A stretch of DNA of 57,082 nt from an uncultured Candidatus Saccharibacteria bacterium (GTDB lineage Bacteria; Patescibacteriota; Minisyncoccia; UBA6257; GWB1-50-10), in contig CAYISE010000001.1 in the NCBI GenBank assembly GCA_964366055.1, forward strand, positions 1 through 57,082, written 5' to 3'. The notes beneath the pieces are model-generated. The model was given only the letters and a program-made list of their open reading frames with translations. It was not told the DNA's origin and did not search any database. Positions within the stretch are counted from its first letter, which is position 1. Every line of letters starts with the position of its first letter. The translations under genes and the position numbers were made by a program. Of this stretch, positions 28,256-36,491 are shown in pieces.

Positions 28256-29183
28256 TGAAATGATTCACTTTCAAAATCTCGTATCCTTTAATTAGCTCGG
28301 CTATGCCTTGTTGGAGCGACACGGACGCTTTGAAGCCGGCGCTTTCTATTTTTGCGTTGCTGACAATGTAATTTCTCTTATCCGGGTCTTTGCCTATCTC
28401 GGCTTCCACAAAATAAAATTTGGGCAATTGTTTTTTAATTTCCTCGCAAAGTTCCTTTTTACTTAAGTTAGCGTCGGAAAGTCCGACGTTATATACCTCA
28501 TTTTTCATCTTATCAAAATTTTTAATGGCGTGGATAAAGACCTTCGCGACATCTTGAACGTGGACAAAATTACGTTTGAAATGGGACTCAAAAAGCACGA
28601 CATATCCTTTAGTAAACGCTTCATAGACAAATTGATTCACAAGCAAATCCAGGCGCATTCTCGGACTGACGCCGAAAACCGTCGCCAAACGAAAAGCTAT
28701 GGCTTCCCCGGAATCCAAAATCATTTTCTCGGCCTCAACTTTGGTTTGGCCGTATAAGGAAATCGGATTGAGGGGGGTCTTTTCATCGCAGTATATATCC
28801 TGCCAGCCCACCCCGTAACCGCTGTTCGTATTCGGAAAAATGATTTTTTGATTTCTGCTTCTTAATTGCAGGAGGGACTGGATGGCGCCAAGATTAGTGG
28901 TTCTGGCCGCGTGCTGGTCGGCGTCACAGGCGTTCATTCCCACAATCGCCGCGAGAGGAATAATGTAATCGGCTTTTTTAAGACATTCCTTCAATAATCT
29001 CTCGTCCCTCGCGTCGCCCCTGATTATCGTAAACGCATCGCCGAAAGAAATGCAGTCCAAAAGACTGGTTTGATTATAAATAAACTTGTCAAGAACGACG
29101 ACCTTAAAACCTTTTTGAAGCAGCATTGGAACGAGAATGGAACCGATATAGCCCGCCCCTCCGGCCACTAAAATTGTAGGCAT
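28248..29183 (-). CDS. NAD-dependent epimerase/dehydratase (SDR)
   Basis: 311 aa. VAGGAGYIGS and YGQTK (YxxxK). Confidence 0.75.
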   Translation of the reverse strand: MPTILVAGGAGYIGSILVPMLLQKGFKVVVLDKFIYNQTSLLDCISFGDAFTIIRGDARDERLLKECLKKADYIIPLAAIVGMNACDADQHAARTTNLGAIQSLLQLRSRNQKIIFPNTNSGYGVGWQDIYCDEKTPLNPISLYGQTKVEAEKMILDSGEAIAFRLATVFGVSPRMRLDLLVNQFVYEAFTKGYVVLFESHFKRNFVHVQDVAKVFIHAIKNFDKMKNEVYNVGLSDANLSKKELCEEIKKQLPKFYFVEAEIGKDPDKRNYIVSNAKIESAGFKASVSLQQGIAELIKGYEILKVNHFTN

Positions 29184-29218
29184 TAGACACCATTATACGG
29201 TTATTCTATCATTTGTAA

Positions 29219-29902
29219 ATGAAACAATCATACGGCCTCCCCGTTGTTGATCTCCAAAATCTTTCTGAATTAATCCGGTCGCGCGAGGTGGACCGTTTTC
29301 ATAAATTTGCCGAAGCGGTGCCCTTGGAAGAGTATTTGAAGATGGATTTAACGGAAGACGAAAAAAAGGAATTGAGATTCGCTCCGAAAATTGAAGCGGT
29401 AAAATTCAAAGACCCGCAGGGAGAAAATTTCACCGGTTTTAGAAACGTTTTTAAAAATGGGGTGCTTACTTTCGCCTTGTTGCCGGGAAATTTATTGCCG
29501 GTCTGCGCCGAGTTCAGGCACGGGTGCGAGAGGGTTATGCTGAATTTGCCCAGCGGCTTAATAGAGCCAAGCGATGCAAGCCCAAAAGCGGCGGCCAGAA
29601 GAGAATTTGAGGAGGAAACCGGCATCGCGCTTCAGAAAATCATACCCCTAAATCCAAAGGGCATCCCCGTGGACGCGAGAAGTTCCACTAGGCAAAATTT
29701 CTTTTTCTTGGGCACACTCGCCAATCCCCCTAAATTAAAGAAGTTAAAAATGCAGAAGGCGGAGTTTATCGCAACTTTTCTGATTCACGCCGATAATTGG
29801 CTGAAATTAATGGAATCCGGCACGGTGGACGGCTGTTCCGTGTCAGGCACTCTTTTGGCATTGAAAAAGTTAAATTTAATGGGCCCGAACAGGTTTTCTT
29901 AG
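29219..29902 (+). CDS. NUDIX hydrolase
   Basis: 227 aa. Nudix box GLIEPSDASPKAAARREFEEETGI. Confidence 0.75.
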   Translation: MKQSYGLPVVDLQNLSELIRSREVDRFHKFAEAVPLEEYLKMDLTEDEKKELRFAPKIEAVKFKDPQGENFTGFRNVFKNGVLTFALLPGNLLPVCAEFRHGCERVMLNLPSGLIEPSDASPKAAARREFEEETGIALQKIIPLNPKGIPVDARSSTRQNFFFLGTLANPPKLKKLKMQKAEFIATFLIHADNWLKLMESGTVDGCSVSGTLLALKKLNLMGPNRFS

Positions 29903-30808
29903 CGTAGAAAATAAGAAAGTTCCCATTCTAAAACTACGGATTAAAAACGCGCTCCAGGCCGCCGGAAAAATTCCGCTTATAACCCTTTTCACTCCGCCTC
30001 CCGGAAGAAGAATGAGGTCCGATTTCGGCCCGAGAATTTCGTTGCACTTAATATCAAACCCGGTCTTGCGCGCCAAATCGTTCCATTCGGAGATCCGATA
30101 ATAGCGCGCGATGGCCCCATCGGTCGCGCTTTGCATTGTTTGGTGGACGGATTTGCCTTTCAAAAAGTCCCCGAAAAAGATGTTGCGCAAAAATCCCGCA
30201 AAATAATAATTCCACCACCCGCGATGATAAACCATTATGGCGGCCTCGCCGCCGGGTTTTAAAACCCTGTAAATTTCCTCTAAAATTCTCCGGGTGTCGG
30301 ATGAATGATGAATTACGCCCCAGCTCCAGATAAAATCAAAATTGCCATCCTTAAAATCAAGTTTTTCCGCGTCCATTTTCAAAATTTTTCCGTTTAATCC
30401 GAACAATTTGAATCTCTCACCGGCGCTTTTCGCGGCATAATCCGTCAGGTCAATGCCGGTGAAGGACTTTGAAAATCTGGCCAAAAGCTCGGCGTGGCTC
30501 CCGTTCCCGACGCCAATTTCCAAAACATCCTTGTTTTTTAAGGATTCAAAACCAATCAGGGAATCAAACGGAATTTTCCCCGGAGGCAGATACTCGCCGG
30601 CATCGGAAAAGAATCTTTTGTCTATCTCACGGTAAAATTCTTCCGTGAACTCCCCCTTCCCCAAGTCCTCGTTCCAATCGTAGCGCATGGGATTTTTTTC
30701 CCACCATTCGTAGTTAGCTTTTTGCCACGCGGTTCTTTCTTCTTCGGTTTTAGGGACGATCGCCGGGGAATCAAAATCCCCGGCTGATTTTTTTTGAAAT
30801 TTTTTCAC
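29876..30808 (-). CDS. class I SAM-dependent methyltransferase
   Basis: 310 aa. VLEIGVGNGSH motif I and FDFIWSWGVIHH. Confidence 0.75.
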   Translation of the reverse strand: MKKFQKKSAGDFDSPAIVPKTEEERTAWQKANYEWWEKNPMRYDWNEDLGKGEFTEEFYREIDKRFFSDAGEYLPPGKIPFDSLIGFESLKNKDVLEIGVGNGSHAELLARFSKSFTGIDLTDYAAKSAGERFKLFGLNGKILKMDAEKLDFKDGNFDFIWSWGVIHHSSDTRRILEEIYRVLKPGGEAAIMVYHRGWWNYYFAGFLRNIFFGDFLKGKSVHQTMQSATDGAIARYYRISEWNDLARKTGFDIKCNEILGPKSDLILLPGGGVKRVISGIFPAAWSAFLIRSFRMGTFLFSTLRKPVRAH

Positions 30809-31981
30809 CTATTTGCCGTAAGTTAATTTGGAAACCATGGCATCGCAAGCGGCCTTGACCTCGCTAACCGAAATCATTCCCATACTCTTTTTGATGCATT
30901 CGGATTGGCGATAATTACAATCAAGAAACCGATGATACACCGGAATGTGGCTGTCGCCGTAAGGAAACCAATCGCCGAAAATATCAAGAATGGAATACAG
31001 ACCGACGGTCGGCTTCCCGACGGCGGCGGCAAGATGAAGCAAACCGCTGTCAATCCCTAAAACAAAACCGCAATGTTTTAAGAGAGCGGCGGTCTCAAGA
31101 ACAGTCAATTGACCGGCCGTAATCAGCGCGTTCTCCGGCGAAAGTTCCCGGCTGATGATTTCCGCGTCCGGCCGGTCATCCTCGCTTCCGGCAACGATAA
31201 TTTTAGCGGCGTATTTTACCTCCAGATATCGCACCACCTCCCCGAAACGTTCCGGGAACCAGCGTTTTTCCGGAAAATTCTTCTTGGTCCCCGAATGAAT
31301 CGCCACGAGCAATTCATTCTCAAAATCGGGCCATTTCCGGCTTAAAAGGGCCTCAATTTTTGATTCGGCCTCGGCCGAAATAGGCAAATCAAACTCCGTT
31401 TTATCGGCCTTAACGCCGTTCTCTCTTAAAAGGCGGAGCAACGACTCGGTTTCTTTCTCTCCGTCAACATAATCAATCTGCGTTTTCCGGAAAAGATTGA
31501 TGATAACCCTGATTCGGAAGCCGAAGGCCGATTCCACTCCGAGCAATTTGGCAAAAATTATATTGCGGACGAAAGTTCTGAAATTAGTCCATTCGTGCGG
31601 CGGAATCTGGATAAAGAGGTCAAAACGCTCTCGCCGCAAATCACTTATAAATTTTTTCAATTTTTGAAACGAGTTGATTTCATCCGACCCGTAAATAATC
31701 ATCCGATTAAAATACCAGGCGCCTTGGAGAAGTTCTTTCGCGCCGGGAACGCCCCGCTCGCCCGGCGAAGTCAAAAGAGTTATCTCGGCCTCCGGATAAT
31801 TTTTTCTGATGGCGATGAATGAGGGAATAGCGCACAAAATATCGCCGATGTTGCCGACTTTAAACACCACGATTTTCCGAGGCGATTCTATTTTTCTTGA
31901 AAATAAAATTCTCTCAAAAAGCCGCAAGACAGCGTTAAGGAAATATTTTACAATCTTAATAAAATTCAATTTCATGCGCAA
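30809..31981 (-). CDS. family 9 glycosyltransferase (heptosyltransferase-like)
   Basis: 390 aa. KVGNIGDILCAIPSFIAIRKNYPEAEITLL and C-terminal IDSGLLHLAAAVGKPTVGLY are typical GT9 blocks. Confidence 0.7.
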   Translation of the reverse strand: MRMKLNFIKIVKYFLNAVLRLFERILFSRKIESPRKIVVFKVGNIGDILCAIPSFIAIRKNYPEAEITLLTSPGERGVPGAKELLQGAWYFNRMIIYGSDEINSFQKLKKFISDLRRERFDLFIQIPPHEWTNFRTFVRNIIFAKLLGVESAFGFRIRVIINLFRKTQIDYVDGEKETESLLRLLRENGVKADKTEFDLPISAEAESKIEALLSRKWPDFENELLVAIHSGTKKNFPEKRWFPERFGEVVRYLEVKYAAKIIVAGSEDDRPDAEIISRELSPENALITAGQLTVLETAALLKHCGFVLGIDSGLLHLAAAVGKPTVGLYSILDIFGDWFPYGDSHIPVYHRFLDCNYRQSECIKKSMGMISVSEVKAACDAMVSKLTYGK

Positions 31982-31984
31982 AAA

Positions 31985-32548
31985 CTACACATCAAGACCG
32001 CCGTAAATATCCACAAACTCTTTGAAACTTTTCGCCTTTAAGTCCCTCTCCGACAATTCCTTTGGTTCTTTGACGGGCCACTGGATGTTTAAATCCGGGT
32101 CATTCCATAAAATCGCGTCCTGCGATTCGGGATGGTAATAATTATCCATCTTATAAAGGAGGGTGCAATCATCGCTTAGAGTGCAGAGCCCGTTCGCAAA
32201 ACCGCGCGGAGTATAAATCATATTTTTCTTCCTCAGAGAGAACTCCATTGAATCCCATTCTCCCAAGGTCGGCGAGCCCTTCCGCAAATCCACCCAAACA
32301 AGAAACGCCTCGCCCGACGAAATTCGCATAAGTTTTCCCTCGGAATGCGGCGGGCGCTGAAAGTGAAGTCCCCGAATGACGCCCTTTTGTCTGGAGAACG
32401 ATTCGTTTTCCTGAACCCAGTCGCGCGCCATTCCGTATTTTCCAAAAATTTCCTTGTCGTAGGTCCGCGTAAAAAATCCCCGTGAATCCTCGCGCGGCTC
32501 AAGTGTTATTTCAAAAGTTCCCTTTAATTTTCTTTCCTTAATGACCAT
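31985..32548 (-). CDS. dTDP-4-dehydrorhamnose 3,5-epimerase-family (RmlC-like) cupin
   Basis: 187 aa. D.RGFF...RGLHFQ...YTPRGFANG, the RmlC-type pattern. Confidence 0.8.
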   Translation of the reverse strand: MVIKERKLKGTFEITLEPREDSRGFFTRTYDKEIFGKYGMARDWVQENESFSRQKGVIRGLHFQRPPHSEGKLMRISSGEAFLVWVDLRKGSPTLGEWDSMEFSLRKKNMIYTPRGFANGLCTLSDDCTLLYKMDNYYHPESQDAILWNDPDLNIQWPVKEPKELSERDLKAKSFKEFVDIYGGLDV

Positions 32549-32551
32549 AGT

Positions 32552-33790
32552 TTACGTTTTGATGATGCGCGGATTGTTCGGCAAAGGCACGATATAAGTC
32601 CCTTTAAAGCCAAAATCTTTCCCCAAATAATTTTTGATCTCTTTCTCAAAATTCCAAGCCAGAATAAAAACGTGGGAGGGCTCCCGCGCCATCACCGCTT
32701 CCGGGCTTTCAATTAAAATGTGGGTGCCGGCGGTGTATTTTTTCTGTTTCAAGGGATTTTTGTCGGCGATTATCGGCAGTTGGCGACTGTTGATTTTGCA
32801 AAAATTCAGAAGGGTTGAACTTCGGGCCGAGGCGCCGTATCCTACGATGGAGTTCCGCGACTCCGGCCTCGCGACAACATTCAAAATTTCATTTAGTTTG
32901 TCGCGGTGCGAAAACACCCGTTCCGCAAACCCTTGCCAGATAGCCAGAGTATTCGCTCCGGCTTTTTTTTCTTCTTCCCGGTAATCTTTAAGTAAAACGC
33001 TCTCTTCGCCCCGGCTCTTCTTCGCGTAGACGATGATGGAGCCGCCGCTGATGGGACTCGCCATTATGTCAAAAACAAAAAGGCCGGAAGCGTTCAAAAG
33101 ATTTTCCAAACTTTTCAGAGTAAGGTAGCAAAGATGCTCATGATAGATGGAGTCGTAATGCAGTCCTTCCAGAATAACCTTCGCATAGTGGACCTCAATC
33201 GCAAGCACGCCGTCATCGTCCAGTGCGGCGGCCAGACCCCGGACAAAATCAATGGTGTTCGCGACATGCGGCAGGACGTTTCGCGCGAATACCATGCTTG
33301 CTTTCCCTCGCTCCGAAACCAGTTTTTGGGCCTCATTCTCGCTCCAGAAAACGCAGTGGGTTGGAATGCCGGTCCGCTCCGCCATCTCCGAAATATTCTC
33401 GGCCGGGTCAATTCCCAAAACCTTATAGCCAGCTTTAATAAAGGGTATCAAAAACGTTCCGTCGTTTGAGGCAATTTCAAGCACATACCCTTCTTTCTCT
33501 TTCGGCGCGCGGGCGATAAGTTCTTTGGAAAATGTCTCGGCAAATCGCCGCGCCACCCCCGAAGTGCCGGTTATCCAGACATACTCCGTAAATAATATTT
33601 TCGGGTCCACCGTGTAATTCAGCTGGACCAAATTGCAAGCGGGACACCAACTCAAAGAAAGCGGATAAACATTCTCTTTTTCATTCGGGTCGCCGAGAAG
33701 AGAATTAGCCGGGGGCTGGGAACCCAAATCAAAAAATGGTTTCAGACCGGAGCCGCCGCAAACCCGGCAATGTTCTATCAGGCCATACAT
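32552..33790 (-). CDS. NDP-hexose C-methyltransferase (TylC3/Methyltransf_13-14 type)
   Basis: 412 aa. N-terminal Cys4 zinc ribbon (CRVCGG...CPACNLVQL), a SAM domain (VLEIASNDG) and a C-terminal C-methyltransferase-like domain. Confidence 0.7.
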   Translation of the reverse strand: MYGLIEHCRVCGGSGLKPFFDLGSQPPANSLLGDPNEKENVYPLSLSWCPACNLVQLNYTVDPKILFTEYVWITGTSGVARRFAETFSKELIARAPKEKEGYVLEIASNDGTFLIPFIKAGYKVLGIDPAENISEMAERTGIPTHCVFWSENEAQKLVSERGKASMVFARNVLPHVANTIDFVRGLAAALDDDGVLAIEVHYAKVILEGLHYDSIYHEHLCYLTLKSLENLLNASGLFVFDIMASPISGGSIIVYAKKSRGEESVLLKDYREEEKKAGANTLAIWQGFAERVFSHRDKLNEILNVVARPESRNSIVGYGASARSSTLLNFCKINSRQLPIIADKNPLKQKKYTAGTHILIESPEAVMAREPSHVFILAWNFEKEIKNYLGKDFGFKGTYIVPLPNNPRIIKT

Positions 33791-33827
33791 AAGACAGATG
33801 GATTATAACAGCAAAATGGGGAATTGG

Positions 33828-34631
33828 CTATCGGGAAAATAATTTCTTCACGATGAGAGGGCCGGTTCTCACAAAAAAATATTTAAAGATACTCGGATAA
33901 TTCACAATTTCGCAACCGTGCGCCATAAACCAGAGGATGGCCGCGTGCGGGTCAATGGAGTTGCAAGCATCCGAGTCGGCATCCCAAAATTTCTCGTAAT
34001 TCGCTTTTAATTTTTTATAATCAAGGCGTTCCATTGATTTTTTGTTTAGGAAGAACTTGGCCGTCCGCCAAATTCTTTTGGGAACGATGAAGAACAACCG
34101 GAAAAATACCGCATCCCGCCACAGTATAGAAAATTTTACGATTTTTCCCCAAGGGCCAAAATCGCGGTAGGGTCGGACCGAATAATTTTCCGCGGCCCAC
34201 GGCCTCACCTGCCAAGCCGGCTTGAAGAGAAATATGCCGTTCTCCTTGAGAACCCGGAGCGACTCTTTGAGGGCGTTATCAATGTCCGGGATATGCTCAA
34301 AAACGGAGATGCTGAAAATCGCGTCAAAAGTTCCGTCTTCAAACGGATATCTTTCCCCTGCCTTATCAACGAAAAACGGCTTGTGGTAGAACTTCCTTAA
34401 GTCCTCCGTGATATCCAGTCCGGTGTAATCGCGGACGATGTCCTGGAACTGGCCACCGGCGCTGCCAATCTCCAAAATTTTCTTGTCTTGAAGATTGAAA
34501 TCACTTATGAATTTTTTGAGTTCCGGAAAAAAATTATGCTCCCCCGGGCGCGCGCCGGGATTGGTCACTTTGCGGTGATATTCCGACCTGTAAAAATCTT
34601 CGTATTTTTCCGCGCCGTTATTTGTTCCCAA
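33828..34631 (-). CDS. class I SAM-dependent methyltransferase
   Basis: 267 aa. ILEIGSAGGQF motif I and FDAIFSISVFEHI. Confidence 0.75.
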   Translation of the reverse strand: MGTNNGAEKYEDFYRSEYHRKVTNPGARPGEHNFFPELKKFISDFNLQDKKILEIGSAGGQFQDIVRDYTGLDITEDLRKFYHKPFFVDKAGERYPFEDGTFDAIFSISVFEHIPDIDNALKESLRVLKENGIFLFKPAWQVRPWAAENYSVRPYRDFGPWGKIVKFSILWRDAVFFRLFFIVPKRIWRTAKFFLNKKSMERLDYKKLKANYEKFWDADSDACNSIDPHAAILWFMAHGCEIVNYPSIFKYFFVRTGPLIVKKLFSR

Positions 34632-34634
34632 GTT

Positions 34635-35585
34635 TTATGAGTGCGTTTCTTTATACCAGGCCACAAGTTTTCTTACGCCATCAGTGTACTTGGTCTTCGG
34701 CTCCCAACCTAGAATTTTTTTGGCCTTCTCAATATCGGCAAAGGTTTGAAAAACGTCACCGGGCGGCATCGGCATATTGTTTATAATCGCCCTTTTGCCA
34801 GTTGCTTCTTCCAGTGTCGCGATCATCTGGTTCAAGGTAATGGCTTCCGAGCCGCCCAGATTGATTATTTCAAAACCGAAATTCTTGTTCAAACAAGCAA
34901 TGATACCGTCAACAATGTCGTCAACGTAAGTGTAGTCGCGTCTGGAATTGCCGTCGCCATATTTGTTTATCGGCTTGCCGTTCAAAATATCCCTGACCAT
35001 CGTAAAATGAGCCATATCCGGCCGGTTCTTCGGCCCATAAACCGTGAAAAATCTCAAGCAGACGATGTTCATTCCGTAAAGGTGGTGGTAGTTATAGCAG
35101 AAAAGTTCGTTGGCTTTTTTGGTGGCGGCGTAAGGGCTGATCGGATAATCAACGTTGTCTGTTTCCGAGAAGGGAACTTTTTTATTGTTGCCGTAAATGG
35201 ATGAGGATGAACCGAAAATGAAATTATTAACCTTGTAACGTTTGCAGACCTCCAAAAGATGAAAAGTCCCGATTATGTTATTGACGCTAAAACCCTCCGG
35301 GTCGTCCAGAGAAGCGCGGACGCCGGCCTTGGCGGCCAGATGAATCACCGTATCAATGTGATTTTCAATAAAAATCTTCTCCAAAGCGTTGTGATTGGTT
35401 ATGTCTTCAACAATGCAGGTAAAGTTCAAATTCTTTTGAAACGGGGTGATATTCTGCTTTTTTATGTCCGGAGAATAATAACTATTGAAATTATCCAGAC
35501 AAATTACCTGATAATTTTCCTTCAGCAAACGGTCGCAAAGATTGGAACCGATAAATCCCGCGCCACCGGTAACGAGTATCTTCAT
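34635..35585 (-). CDS. NAD-dependent NDP-sugar epimerase, UDP-glucuronate 4-epimerase-like
   Basis: MKILVTGGAGFIGSNLCDRLL...LDNFNSYYSPDIK, and YAATK. The track ORF extends to 35822 from a TTG through a GC-rich repeat. The ATG at 35585 gives the canonical SDR N-terminus. Confidence 0.8.
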   Translation of the reverse strand: MKILVTGGAGFIGSNLCDRLLKENYQVICLDNFNSYYSPDIKKQNITPFQKNLNFTCIVEDITNHNALEKIFIENHIDTVIHLAAKAGVRASLDDPEGFSVNNIIGTFHLLEVCKRYKVNNFIFGSSSSIYGNNKKVPFSETDNVDYPISPYAATKKANELFCYNYHHLYGMNIVCLRFFTVYGPKNRPDMAHFTMVRDILNGKPINKYGDGNSRRDYTYVDDIVDGIIACLNKNFGFEIINLGGSEAITLNQMIATLEEATGKRAIINNMPMPPGDVFQTFADIEKAKKILGWEPKTKYTDGVRKLVAWYKETHS

Positions 35586-35639
35586 AATGCTAAATTTTAC
35601 GGCTGTCTTGAATACTTTGTCAAACAATCTACCCGGACG

Positions 35640-35885
35640 CGCTATATTTTGCGCCCGCTCCCCGCCCGACCGAATGGCTTCGGTTATTCGGGCAGGTCGG
35701 CCTCGCTCGAGAGAGCCGAGCATTCCGTGGGGCAACTCTCGGAATTCCGCTTGGCTTGGTCTCCGAGCGAAGCGAGGAGCAAGCGGAATGAGAGTGTAGG
35801 TCGCCGCTGGCCGCTGGAGCAAGCGGACGACCGGTGCCCTCAGGAATGCTCGGCTCTCTCACCGTGCCCGCTCGGCCTGAAAACG
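35640..35885. repeat. GC-rich hairpin-rich element, same family as 7401-7561 and 51850-51975
   Basis: There is an 18-bp perfect inverted repeat: GAGAGAGCCGAGCATTCC (35710-35727) against GGAATGCTCGGCTCTCTC (35842-35859). A nested hairpin is GCCCGA-C-CGAA-TGGC-TTCG-GTTAT-TCGGGC (about 35664-35690). Shared motifs are CCGAGCGAAGCGAGG, GCCGCTGGAGCAAGCGG and GTGCCCGCTCGGCCTG. Confidence 0.7.
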
Positions 35886-35909
35886 TGTTAATGACATGTC
35901 GACTAAAAT

Positions 35910-36491
35910 TTACTTTAATTTATCCACAATATTTCTTACATTCTGGTCGTTGGGCCAGTATCCCAAAATGATATTCCCTATTTCCTTCTCTTTACCGAAA
36001 TCCCCTTTCGCCTGATATAAATCCAGCAAAGAATAGAGCACCGGCGGGAGCTTGGGGCCGATGGCCAAAGCCGCTCGGTAGGCCTCCTCGGTCTTCGCAA
36101 AATCCTCAATATGGCCGTATTTCTGCCACAAGAGATTATAAAGATTGCCGCGGGTTATGAGATGGCGCACGTCATTTTTGAAAAGATAGGGCTCAATGAA
36201 CGACACGATTTCGCGGGAAACGGCCTCGGGATTGTTCTGCGAAACGATGCCCCTCACGATATCGCTGCTTAAAAACTTAACGACCTCCTCCTGGCCGACC
36301 GGCGAGAAAATGTCCAGCGCTTTTCCGAAAACATTTTCAAACTCCGGCACATCTTTTACCGAGGACAACATATTAATCGCCCGAATGTACGAACGCGCCT
36401 TCACAATCGGAAGGTAGGAACCGGAAAAGACGGAGAGCAACGCCAGAATCAGCCCCGCGGAGATAAGAACGTTTTTAAAAACGTTTTTCAT
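35910..36491 (-). CDS. membrane-anchored TPR-like repeat protein, probable detached C-terminal partner of the O-antigen-ligase-like protein
   Basis: 193 aa. N-terminal TM helix, then helical repeat-like sequence (..AYRAALAIGPKLPPVLYSLLDLYQAKGDFGKEKE..). Its start overlaps the upstream stop (ATGA at 36488-36491). Confidence 0.5.
   Translation of the reverse strand: MKNVFKNVLISAGLILALLSVFSGSYLPIVKARSYIRAINMLSSVKDVPEFENVFGKALDIFSPVGQEEVVKFLSSDIVRGIVSQNNPEAVSREIVSFIEPYLFKNDVRHLITRGNLYNLLWQKYGHIEDFAKTEEAYRAALAIGPKLPPVLYSLLDLYQAKGDFGKEKEIGNIILGYWPNDQNVRNIVDKLK

Noticed and set aside
35586-35822. 79-aa N-terminal extension of the epimerase ORF (track ORF 34635-35822)
   Set aside because: It starts at a TTG and runs through the GC-rich repeat. 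The canonical SDR N-terminus MKILVTGGAGFIG begins at the ATG at 35585. The open frame seems to be a property of the repeat and not real coding sequence. I cannot fully exclude translation.
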